From: Laetmonice hystrix
Taxonomy: Eukaryota
Length of the DNA stretch: 64,000 bases
Assembly: GCA_965235115.1 (NCBI GenBank)
Contig: OZ249437.1
Coordinates: 13,764,001 to 13,828,000, forward strand
Direction of reading: 5' to 3'
In this document: one piece after another, positions 50,301 through 60,000 of the stretch
Layout: each line of letters opens with the position of its first letter
Position numbering within the stretch: the first letter of the stretch is position 1
Program-made: the position numbers and the translations under genes
Notes under the pieces: model-generated
What the model saw: the letters and a program-made list of their open reading frames with translations, nothing else
Told to the model about the DNA's origin: nothing
The model's database searches: none

Positions 50301-50424
50301 AGTGAAGAAAAACGATGCACATAGGAACACACAAAAGGCAGAAAACTTTAAACCTACCATATGCATTAGCTCCCGCTATCCAAGCACTTGCGTACACGAA
50401 TATCCACATTATCCAAGGTAACAT
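8011..50424 (-). CDS. Type I membrane receptor: signal peptide - SUEL/Gal(Rha)-binding lectin - CUB - sushi-like - TM - Tyr-motif cytoplasmic tail (~460 aa, 7 coding exons)
   Basis: Exons 50424-50358, 28566-28282, 23868-23458, 20070-19918, 9676-9620, 8723-8636 and 8332-8011 all have GT-AG borders and matching phases (1,1,1,1,1,2). They sum to 1383 nt = 460 aa + stop. The first exon is the least certain. Confidence 0.88.
8636..8723 (-). CDS. Receptor transmembrane exon
   Basis: ctatttctcacag | (G)ILIVVAIGVALGVFFGGVLLTVVVVYMR(R) | gtaag; 88 nt, phase 1 to 2. Not shown in the ORF track in this frame. Confidence 0.93.
9620..9676 (-). CDS. Receptor juxtamembrane linker exon
   Basis: cttttatcttgtag | (D)NPQWHFGTIMGDGRSFPY(G) | gtaagt; 57 nt, phase 1-1. 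It joins the sushi exon to the TM exon in frame. Confidence 0.88.
13255..13335. repeat. (CT)n microsatellite, imperfect
   Basis: Direct reading of the sequence. Confidence 0.95.
14892..15446. repeat. 27-bp minisatellite, ~20 copies
   Basis: Unit TTTCCTATATCCTGAACGGGTTGTTCC with point variants. Confidence 0.95.
17211..17336. repeat. 63-bp tandem duplication (2 copies)
   Basis: CTGTTAGCCAGCACCTGGCC...GGACCAGGCTAT at 17211 and 17274. Confidence 0.95.
19422..19740. mobile_element. IS3EU-like non-autonomous DNA transposon (MITE)
   Basis: ~75-bp TIRs begin TACGGTGGCCCAAAAGGGAC and end GTCCCTTTTGGGCCACCGTA. CATTGG flanks both sides (6-bp TSD). Internal 21-22-bp tandem repeats. TAY..RTA ends with a 6-bp TSD are the described IS3EU signature. 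Confidence 0.8.
19918..20070 (-). CDS. Receptor sushi/CCP-like domain exon
   Basis: ttgcttccag | (V)IGCPQLPVPKNGWARIDGETAVIRCNFTDETWYLTCKGTNWLGQTGNCSK | gtgggc. Shows a C-P...C...C...W...C pattern; 153 nt, phase 1-1. An alternative in-phase donor lies at 19891. Confidence 0.9.
21709..21976. repeat. GA-rich low-complexity/microsatellite tract
   Basis: Imperfect (GA)n/GGAGAG run; the source of spurious RE-rich and SL-rich ORFs. Confidence 0.95.
23458..23868 (-). CDS. Receptor CUB domain exon
   Basis: atttcag | (V)AMGSQQAC...SGYIAST...CPWLIRARPGQRISLSLLNL...C...SQSNEVEIKF...YLLKYE | gttggt; 411 nt, phase 1-1, with CUB hallmarks. Confidence 0.95.
28282..28566 (-). CDS. Receptor SUEL/galactose-binding lectin domain exon
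   Basis: tttttcag | (G)SNEYCNMDTFNATC...ARYGRMQIGRC...GCSVDVL...CSGQRRCEL...PCPEDTTPYLEAAFECIP | gtacgt; 285 nt, phase 1-1. Shows the SUEL YGR/CSG/PC/YL signature. Confidence 0.95.
29879..30226. repeat. Composite minisatellite built from GACTC-initiated modules (35- and 52-bp periods)
   Basis: GACTCGTACAGAC + GACTCGGCTCGGCAAACAGCGG, with or without GACTCGGCAAACACTCG, repeated. Confidence 0.9.
32160..32690. repeat. Dispersed ~100-bp repeats inside the long unit
   Basis: ACTTGCTAAGTGAATGAGAAATCGCACCCAAAGGTGCAACGTCCCCACCACACGGTGCAAGGCACG recurs about 4 times. Confidence 0.85.
33459..34050. repeat. 49-bp minisatellite, ~12 copies, embedded in larger AT-rich repeated blocks (32700-34500)
   Basis: Unit ATTATGGCACGGATCCATTGATCCAACCAAAACACCAGGACTATAACAC; starts at 33505, 33554, 33603, and so on. 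Confidence 0.95.
36632..36695 (-). CDS. Alternative candidate first exon of the receptor
   Basis: MMPVATMLETVTVVLYLSIYS G | gtaatg. The phase-1 donor is also compatible with the SUEL exon, but the signal-peptide character is weaker. Confidence 0.3.
38280..39090. promoter_or_regulatory. CpG/GC-rich promoter-like island
   Basis: Locally high CpG, GTCACGTGG E-box (~38574), CCGGAAGT ETS site (~38623) and GC boxes. Ends with a short tandem of GCGACCCCCCCCCCCTCCCGGCGGGCCG. No transcript evidence. Confidence 0.3.
39873..40314. mobile_element. TIR element (53-bp TIRs) containing degenerate CCCTAA/CCCTAT repeats, nested in a related repeat
   Basis: GCCGATACGCATGTTCTCCTCTTCTTCAAGAAGAGAGACTGGCGTTAGTCTCC (39873-39925) versus its reverse complement at 40262-40314, one mismatch. 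No clear TSD. Confidence 0.75.
40640..41258. repeat. 107-bp tandem repeat, ~5.8 copies
   Basis: GAATAGGTACATGTAGTAGTATAAGTATTCCGAGG... starts at 40640, 40747, 40854, 40953 (8-bp deletion), 41060 and 41167. Confidence 0.95.
41417..41503. repeat. (TTC)n/(TTCTTG)n microsatellite
   Basis: Direct reading of the sequence. Confidence 0.95.
42566..42914. repeat. 27-bp minisatellite, 13 copies
   Basis: Unit GTRTCACTRACTCAGTGTGAATGTATC at a strict 27-bp period. Confidence 0.96.
43763..46356. repeat. 2.6-kb VNTR of 72-bp and 67-bp units, ~37 copies
   Basis: Unit GGAACTGGTAATAACGCCAGGCTCTG(AGTCG)GTTACAACAGTAGGCACGTGGTCGGGGATAAAGTTAGCCAC; the 5-bp deletion variant gives 67 bp. Confidence 0.97.
49485..49898. 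other. Assembly gap (N run) following a GA-rich tract
   Basis: 414 N. Confidence 0.99.
50358..50424 (-). CDS. Preferred signal-peptide (first coding) exon of the receptor
   Basis: ATG...MLPWIMWIFVYASAWIAGANAY G | gtaggt. Hydrophobic core with an A-N-A cleavage motif. The phase-1 donor fits the SUEL exon, and a CpG-rich region lies just upstream. Confidence 0.65.
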
Positions 50425-50689
50425 CGTTGACTTGTCCGGTACTTTAAAGTGACTAGCACAAGAGAACTCTGCTGGTCTGCGGCAAGTTCGCTTGTATCCG
50501 GGTACACGGCCGCATACCCCGACTCCACCAGTCATACTCCAATAGTCTCCAGTTGGGGCGGCGACACAAGCCCTGCTTTCTGGGAAACTAGTAAAATAAA
50601 ACGAACTTCGTAAAGTCTCAATCCAGTGTCAGGGCAGCGGTGGTTATGTCCTGGTAGTTTGTATGTCGTAGACTAGTAGTACATGGAGA

Positions 50690-50940
50690 TAGGGGTGTCT
50701 CCGGGTTGGGAAGCGGCGAGCAAGCCAGCCAGTCAGTCAGTGCGGGCGTCGGTCCGTGCGCTCTCGTCTGCTTCCCGCGCGCCACTGATGCCGTAACGTG
50801 TCGTCTGCTCGACTGGCGGAAAGCGTTGCGCGGCGGCGGGCAATGATTCGCACCACGCACAGCCGCGCACCATGCGACAGTCACGTCACTTCTTAACCAT
50901 CAGTCCGTTCTGGCTTCTTCAAGAAGTCCGCATGGCAATG
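50690..50940 (-). promoter_or_regulatory. CpG-rich candidate promoter/5'UTR of the receptor gene
   Basis: Dense CpG, with GTGACGTGAC and Inr-like TCAGT/CCAGTC on the minus strand, 270-500 bp upstream of the signal-peptide ATG (50424). Confidence 0.45.
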
Positions 50941-50966
50941 TGATGAGATAATACACATATTATATA

Positions 50967-51815
50967 TCGGGTGGATAAAAAAAAACGCCCCGAACTTTAA
51001 ACTTTAAGATCTCAAAAACTATGCATTATAATTCAATAAAATTTCTCTTAGTATCACTTCATGATATTATCTCTAGTATGTTAAAACCTCAGCTCAATAG
51101 CTTTAATATTAATCCCGTGGCGCTAAAAACAAAAATCAGTGTCTAAAAACGCAATGCCGGAATTAGGTCAAATATCATGCAGCTGCCAGGTGTCCAATTT
51201 GAACCTGTTTGATGCACTGCATTGTACCTTGGGTAAAAAAATTCAATATTTAGTTTTTGCATTTTACAATATGTAATAATGCTGTAGACCACGAGATATA
51301 ATCAAATATGTGCTATTCCTAGCACTTTTAGAGAAAACAATGTTTAATGTGCCAAACCCTGCAGAGAAACTGCAACATTAGGACGATATGACTGTAATGA
51401 GAAGTTCAAGGGAAATCGTATCATTATCACGTTTAGAAACACGTTCAGAACGTTGCGTATTTCCCAGTGTTGGGAAGATATTTCCCCATCAGAGATCGGG
51501 AAGTGCATTGGCTCATGAAAAAAGAGACTGAGAGCAGTATGAAGTGAAAACGGGGGACCGATTGACCACCTACTCTAGTGTGAGGCCAGGGACTCTTGGT
51601 GCGACTACCACTCGCTTTAGCCCGGCATTGCACTTTTATACAATGATTTTTGTTTTTAGCCCCACGGAAATACTATCCAAGCTATTGAGTTGTAACACTA
51701 ACATCTAGAAGACAACATCATGAAGTGATATTAAGAAAAATTTCATTGAATTACAATCATTACTTTTTGAAATATTGAAGTTTAAAGTTCGGGGCGTTTT
51801 TTTTTATCCACCCGA
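50967..51815. mobile_element. Tc1/mariner-like non-autonomous element with ~230-bp TIRs, inserted at TA
   Basis: TA|TCGGGTGGATAAAAAAAAACGCCCCGAACTTTAAAC ... GTTTAAAGTTCGGGGCGTTTTTTTTTATCCACCCGA|TA. Inverted similarity continues to about 51170/51620. Confidence 0.88.
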
Positions 51816-53402
51816 TATATAGCCAACTCTGAAGATTTTTCTCTGGCCAAATAACAACACTCGAAATTAGAGGGGAAAGGAGGGAACGGCCGGGTGCAGT
51901 GGATGTGTGTTCACTCAGGCAAAGGGACATCGCCTGGAGAAGGCTACACAGCAGCCTGGTAAACTCCAGACACAATATGCGTACAGTCACGTGTGGTTCA
52001 GGAAAACGTTCTGATCAATATTAGGTGACTATAACCATAACCGTCTTTGTGTGAAACGCTTCCTTGATAGGCCTTAAGTTGTGTCTCTTTTAGAAGTTCT
52101 TGGTAAGAATGAACTCTATGATTCAACTGCGTACATTTGGAATCAGATGGTTGCCGTCGTGCAGTACAAACAATCAACACTAGAAACGAAGAAAGATCTG
52201 CAATTTAGATGACATACGAAACTATGTATGAGCTATACTTCTGGTGCCTCTCGTTCTAATGGTCAGAGAGTAGAGGTGTAGTTATCTCTTCAATAATCCT
52301 GTTATAGTGGGTCCTTCGTGAAACCAATCTAACTCTTTCACAAAAAACAATATCAGGTTGGCGTAAGTCCTCGCAAATCACCACACATCTAGGGTTTCAT
52401 TAAAACTTTCAGCAATAACGTCGCTTTTTCAATAAGCTCGCACCCTATAGGATTTCACACTTTAGTTTAATAGTACAAATAACTGCGTCTTATCAGTAGC
52501 TATTTGTTCTGCTACTTCTGGCTGCCGATAGGTGGCTTCCGGTTACTTGCTGGGAGCCTCATAATCACGGGGGATTATTTTTCCAGCCTCGACAGGTTGT
52601 CTAAAGAAAAACACTTTCATCACCTGCTGGTTCACACGACCGCCACAGGCAACTCTTCCCGTTCAAGACAATGCCAGGGCATCTTCATTGATTTTTAAAC
52701 AAATATACGAAACATATTTTCTAGGTTGAAGAGTTCTTTATTTCCATTTTTTAAAGTTATATTCACCATGTTTAAAGAGCAATAGCATCTATATCCATCC
52801 GCCGTCTAATAAAAATAAAAGTAGCCTTTCCACCGTAAACATTGTGCTGATGAATATGTTGCCATATATCATATAATTGCATTTTCTGAGAAAAAGTAAT
52901 AAGGTCTCAGGGCTGTATACGATTGAGACACTGGTTATATTTGGGATGTCTTGATTAGACTGATTTCTAGATCTAGTGTGTATAACACGGAAGGGTCTTC
53001 TTTTATGTAGAATCTAACTTAAAATGTCGTATAGGGTGACCAGGTCCTGCGTTTGAGTGGGTGGGATAACAGATAAAACTTTTAGGATTGGCCCCAATTT
53101 GCAGACAGAAAAGAGTTACTGCAAACATGATATCTTTTTAAGCACTAGCTACAGCTACATAATAAATCAACATCAAAATTTGGACAACGTCAACACACTA
53201 GACAGCTACACGCACAGCTATTGGCCAATCACATTGTTCTTTCGGCCAAATGAACAGAAATTGCAGGTCAGTTGTGGTACTGCTCTGTCGATGTTTTTTT
53301 TTAGAATGTTCGTCAATGAACACTGTTGATTCCTTTGCATATAACTTTATGACCATCTTGGGTTTGGCAAGCAAATGCATGGGATCCTCATGTTGTTCAC
53401 CA

Positions 53403-53576
53403 NNNNNNNNNNNNNNNNNNNNNNNNNNNNNNNNNNNNNNNNNNNNNNNNNNNNNNNNNNNNNNNNNNNNNNNNNNNNNNNNNNNNNNNNNNNNNNNNNN
53501 NNNNNNNNNNNNNNNNNNNNNNNNNNNNNNNNNNNNNNNNNNNNNNNNNNNNNNNNNNNNNNNNNNNNNNNNNNNN
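53403..53576. other. Assembly gap (N run)
   Basis: 174 N. Confidence 0.99.
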
Positions 53577-56500
53577 ATTGCAATGGAAGCCAAAGAACGA
53601 GTTTCAACCCTGCTGGGGGCGAGAATCCAGTTTCTCATGCACCAGCAGACGTAGCCTGGGGCGTCGCCAGCAATATGTAAATACCGATCAGTAATGAGGC
53701 CTCATTAGAAGGACCAGCACTTAACGACTAGTTGTCGGACTCAATCCTGGCCACCCCACCCTCGGTCTGTGGCGTGAAGATCCAGTGTACTTGTAGAAAC
53801 CCGATCCGTACCTCTCTCCAACGTCTAAACCTCATCGCTTAATTGGAACAGGCTGTATGCTAACAGGTTTGCCTTGGGACACGGTTTTCCATATATTAAA
53901 ACTGGCACACTCATGGCACGAGGCTGTGAAATACAGGGTTTACCACCCTCTGATTCCGAGAATAGGCATGTTTAATATTTACTTAACATTTAAAACATTT
54001 GTTTATAGTAATGTGATGATAACATAATTTGCTAAACCATCCTCCTGTAGAAAAAGGAAGAATTGTGATCCCTCCTTTAAGAACAGCCAGAGAAAAGGAG
54101 GCGGTGAAAGACTGAAACTGTATTTGAAAAGGTGGTGGTGCTTAGCTTCCATGGCCAGTCGTAATAGTTGGAGGGTCGAAACTGTTTCACTGCACCGGCC
54201 TCACCGCCGGAGGTCAGACAAACTCATAACAAGTTTGCTCATTTCTATTGTTATCGAACACAATATGCTTAATTACATGTGTCCAATTGGTAATAGATCC
54301 ACGTTATTTATATTGTTTGAGCGGAAATCCAAGTAGATATTGTCATAAATATACACAATACTGTATAGCTGTATGCAACATGACATTATAATACACATGT
54401 ACATGTAAACTCTCCAGTTATTCTGGTCTTTGTGGTGTTTTGTGGTCAGAACAGCTCAATATTGTCGCGAATTAATAAATCGTCCAAAATGGATTTTGCG
54501 CTTCCTGTTTCATACTGCATTGACGTTGGTTTTTTTCGGCAATGGCGGATAGGAGTGCGCTATGACGCTAGAGGTTTTGAGCGATAATATGCTAAGCTCG
54601 TTAGCTTTGTCCAACTTGTAGTACCCTGACTGTAAGATGGCGGTTCAAATTTAGGGGACATAAGTCATGTTTAGTAAGTAAGATACCATTGCAAAGATAG
54701 AAAGAGAGACTTTGTTGCCCCCCCCCTCCCAACTGGACGGGTATTTATGGGTCCTATTTCTATACTTCTGTCCGTATGTTGCATGATAAGAATATTTTCC
54801 ATGTTGAATGCCAATTTCTAAAGTGATTCAGTCATGTGTCACCTGTTAAGTAATCCAATGTGTCTCTCGCCCAATTCCAAGAGCTATTTAAGAGCTGTTG
54901 TCCGTCGAACATGACGTCGGGGATGTCACAATATCGTCCTTGGTCCTGCGGCCATATCGACGAATTGTATACATATCGCTAGTTAGGGCAAAAGGACAAT
55001 GCCGCTAAGTGTGCCTCTATAAAAAGATGGGCGGAGGAGTTGACCAGTGGCTGTTTAGTGACCATGACTGTAGCGGATATACTCCTTGAGAAAGGCCACT
55101 GTCAGTACGTAGGTCCAGCGCTGATCGATTTTATTACTGGGGCGATTCGATTGATGGACAGCTAAAATTGAAATGTCTGGCTATCAAGGCGACTTGTGAC
55201 GTCTTCTCAAAGGCGAGCCGATTGGCGGGAAGCCATGACGTCCCGATAGAGGGCGCTGCAGACGATAGCAGCGCCGCGTCCAGAATGGGATCATGGGAAA
55301 AGAGGCCAAGGCAGATTATAAGGCTTGCATCATCTCAGAAGACGGAGCTTTGATGGCAGTTCCCTTGAGAGCAAAGTGCATGTTGGTTTTATCCCTGCTC
55401 GTATTACATTGGCTGGTGATAGTCGCCAGATCCTTGTGTTTTACGGGGCCTGGCGTTCAACGGGCCCAGATCGAAGAGGGAGGTAGGAAAGGGGCGGGGT
55501 CAAGGGCGGGGGTAGGGGGAGAAAGGGGTTGATCTCCGGTCAAAGATCGTACCTCGGAATAGGGCTGGGGGTGGGGGGTGTAACTGCCCTTATGAAACGT
55601 CTGTCTAACCTAAAGGCTTGATTGCTCCACTCCGGTGTGTCATGTTAAAACTCTGTCATGAGAATAGGGCGTGCAAGTCTCGAGCACTCATGCAAATGAG
55701 CAGAAAATAGCCTCGAAACGCATCACTCTGGCACCTAACGCTTGCGACGTCACAATTTTCCCATTGGTTTAACATAGGATGAGAAAACACACTTTCAAAC
55801 ATTAACCATATTTTTGTCAATGTTGACATCTAAAACATGAAACTTTTTTTTTGTGCTCTTGTTTTGTTTTGTCCCCTATAGATGACAAGACAAGGGGACA
55901 TTGGCACGTTATTACCATACAAAACCACCAGAAAAAATTAACGTATCGGTTCCAGGTATAATCCGATGTGACCGTTCCTTTCTATGGTTGTTCCCCCTTG
56001 ATAAATCCTAGGTCCAATCTGAAGATTTTTATACAGAATTCCCATGCCGGATTATGATAGAAAACATATCATGGCAGATTGTTCTACAAGACAACCACAT
56101 GCGGAAGGTTTACCCTGGTAGATCTTCATACCAGTATAACAGCTTGTGATATACGTCACCCTATCAGGGCGTGATTAAAATAGGTTTTGCAAGAATAATA
56201 TACACTTTTCTAGGTCACTCAGACTGCAAGATTTCGTTTTCTATTGACAGAAAATATGTTATGCTCAAGACGTCTTTCGCAGTGTCGTCCTCGGCTAGAA
56301 TAAGGCGCCAAGGCTGAATTAAAAATAACCCCTGCACTGTTTAAAACCTGCAGCTGCGACAATGCCATAGCGAAGAATGTATGCAACATATTGTCTCTGG
56401 TTTTTCTAATCTCCAGGGTAAAATAAACGGAACATCGTTCGTATATTGATTAAATCAACTGCGAGTATATTAAACATATCGTTGTCGGATATTACTATAC

Positions 56501-56830
56501 AATATCCTATACGTTACTATTTGTATCAGCTCGGGGAGATAAATGAACCAAAAATCCTTCGTGCAGAAAAAAACCCAAGCTATGGCGCCTTTGTCGTCGA
56601 AAAACAGGATGAAGATGGTGAACAATAAGAAGATCGCCTAAAAATATGTATAGGTTATGTAAATGTATATAAAACAGTTTTATTACAAGTTATAAGTCAG
56701 ATATAAGAAGAATCCCATAATAGAAAATACGGTGAATCATATCAAACATAGATCTAGAGAATTGTGGTTTCGTTAATCTTGTTATCCTGTGTAACAGTTT
56801 CTCACTAGCTGGGACGTTAATTATAATAAA

Positions 56831-57066
56831 TTAAACATGCTTCGTAAATCTGTCGTTTTGGAGTTGCTTTTTCTGAATTTCAGTCCAATATTTAAGGAAA
56901 TCGTTCACATGGTTCAGTTTATCCGCCGCACTGTATGTCCTATTTCTTTGAATCCTTTCCTGACATTGTGTAGAAAGGTAGGGATCCATGGAAAGTAACA
57001 CCGTCAATATTGGGAGTTTTCTTTCCCCAAACTGATCCAAGAAAAAGCGTTCAGTGAATTGCAGTT
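56831..57066 (-). CDS. Unknown gene, terminal exon F
   Basis: tttacttgactgtag | (E)LQFTERFFLDQFGERKLPILTVLLSMDPYLSTQCQERIQRNRTYSAADKLNHVNDFLKYWTEIQKKQLQNDRFTKHV*; phase 1. Confidence 0.72.
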
Positions 57067-60000
57067 CTACAGTCAAGTAAACTTGATTTGGGTATCTGTA
57101 TTAGGATTTTCCGGCCCAAGAAACCAGAGTACCCGGAGAAACCACCGACCTTGCAGGTATTTATTGGAGGGGGTTCGAACCCACCGACCTTGCAGGTCAT
57201 TATCGGAGGGGGTTCGAACCCCCCGACCTTGCAGGTCATTATCGGAGGGGTTCGAACCCACCGACCTTGCAGGTCATTATCGGAGGGGTTCGAACCCAGA
57301 GATGAGAGGCTAAACGCCACGTATTAACCTCATTCTTTATTTTGTTTATGTGTCACAGGTTTAGCAGCCTCCAGAAGTCAGTCCGACCCATCCCACTGAT
57401 AATTGAAGCCCCTTATAAGGCCCTGTTCCGGACACCAGTACTCTGAGACTAAGATTATGTAGCCAGCTGTTTGGTTCGATGCTCTCCGACAGTTACCGAC
57501 CACATTCCTAGCTGTTTACCTCTTCGGCGTTGGAGGCCTCATGCATTTGGCACGCACACTATGTGGAATAGTTGCGCTGTCTGACACTTGGCACGCACAC
57601 GATGCCGGATTCCTATGCAATCTGACACTTAGCCGTGTTAAAAATAAACCTCCCAGATACAGGTACCCTCCAGCTTGCAGTACGTGTGAAGGGGGAAAAA
57701 CTTAGACTTGATGTGTTTTCCTGTTTATTGGTCTACAGTGCGTGCCTGGTCTAATACAAACCTTGTGACATACCACCAAGATAAAGGACGCATGTCTTGA
57801 TGACGTCATTGCACACACTTACCTTACAGACCTATAAAACATCACCGCCACGACCTGTCCTCTATAAACATCGACCTATTACGTTTAAGAACATGATTTA
57901 TGGTATGGAGCATTAAAACAGCTTTTGACCATTTTAAGAAATTATGTTTGAAAAGTATATAAAGAGATTTTACGGAAATTATATTTTGAACCCTGATTTT
58001 TTTGCACCTCCTAGTGGCGATGCCAAGATAGAAAACAACAACAGCATTCACCTATATTCCCACTTATTCGCAGATAGGTATACATGTATTCCCATTAACA
58101 ATTGTGTCAGCAAAATGTATATCATAAATATCAAGTTCTCAGCATCGCCTCGGTTCTGTAATGATAGCGCTGAACTCAAAGGTCAAGATAATTCCCTGGT
58201 TCTATATGAGAACTGCATTTGATATACGTTCATATCAACGACTTACTGATACAGGTGACATCTCTTTTCATTTCATGTATCACAGCTTTTGTTAGTGGCT
58301 GTGCAGTCTGCATAGTGTTCAGTGAATTATGAAGTCTTGGCCAACTTTTATCAGGCGACAATGGTCCGGACGTAATGTGGAATCGCTGACAAAAGGATGG
58401 CAGGTGAGAACGTTTGGTAATAAGAAAACAATATCTTTATGTCTCTTATCGATTTTGCATTGTACAATCAGGGCTGTAGTAGCTAAGGGTATGCATATAT
58501 GAGTGTTGCTGACAGGGGTTCGAATCCCTTTTGTGATTTATTATATTGGAGGAAGTTGTTAGGTGCTTCATGATTGTTGGTTTTGCCGGGTAGTCCGGTG
58601 TTTTTCACGAGTTAGACTGATTCAGTCGATTTAACCCTCCCCGTCCCATAGCAAGCTCGTCCCATCCGATAACAGTATTTTACAGTATTTGCAATTTTTT
58701 TAAATGATTTCTTATTCATTTCAAATTTTACGTTAAGACAAAAACAAATGTTGACGTAGTTACACATTTCAAAGCGATAGGTTGCTCTGATTCAGACAAG
58801 ACTTGTTTGGGCGTTATTGAGAGAGAGAGAAAAAAAATTGGCAAAAATCATTGGATAAGTCATGGAAATATATATCCACTAGTTAATGTATAGCTTCCAT
58901 TCCCAAATCTACACTTAGTCTGCGTCCTCCTTGACATCGTTCTGACCTTTACGGTGGTCCAGGGGTCCTTGAAAACAAAAGTCATGGAAAGGTCATGGAA
59001 TTTATCAGTGCTGAGGAGTACGAAGTCCCCCTATGCCATTTACATTGAATCCACTAGTCTTTGGTTTCATCATGAGAATAAAACGCTGAAAGCCTGTTCA
59101 CAGTTGTACACAGTAAGTAAGTGATGAGCAAGACATATATAGTTCCTTGCAAAATCTGTGACCCAAATCGGATATTTTCAAATTTTGAAAAAGATGATCG
59201 TCTTTTGCCCAGTTTGCTTTGGTTTCTTTGGTCATCAGTCAAGGGAAAACGATTATATTTCTACCTAGGCCCCACTAAGACAAAAAAGAAAGTGTTCTCG
59301 TATCGGTCAAGTCGTACAGATATGGCTGGACATACCAAAGCAGTGGATGACTCAGTTCTGGAGCACTGGGGAGGGCTGAGACAAATAATACTGAATCGAT
59401 CTAAACCCATTCATGCCACGCATATCCGATCCTTAACCATTTCACCCCGACCCATTACCTAAATTACAGAGGTACAAAGTATGGTGGATACCAAGGCACA
59501 CCAATGTAAAGACATTTACAATCGCTGTCAACATAGTCAAAGTTATCATATAAAGTTTACACTGTTACCTTTTGCTTCGAGAAAAACCGGCGAGACGAAG
59601 ATAGAACACAGGCGACGATTCCAGTTTCCAAGTTTCCAACATCCTGTGATTGCGTTGGTAAAGATTAGCACGCATCTAATGCTCGCTGTGTTTGTTCTCC
59701 GACACGTCAGTACGAACCCAATGCTCGCCGAGCTAGTTTCCAGACACAGTGTGTACCCGCAGCTTGTATATCCCCCACCACGTAGGGCCGGGAGGAGGAT
59801 GACGTCACAGACTGAGGTCTGGGGTGGGGCTGGTCGGGTTACCCCAGCGACCATGTACACATCTTGGCTCCGGGGGACCTACAGTAGTATTGGGTGGGAG
59901 CGCACGTGGCTGAGGCTTAGATTCAACATTGTGCTTTAACTTAAAGAGATCCACCAAGCAACTTGTCTCATATCAACACAGGCCCAACCTACATCCCCAG

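Noticed and set aside
58471-58530. Possible tRNA gene
   Set aside because: A- and B-box-like words are present but I could not fold a cloverleaf, and a SINE central-domain-like sequence follows.
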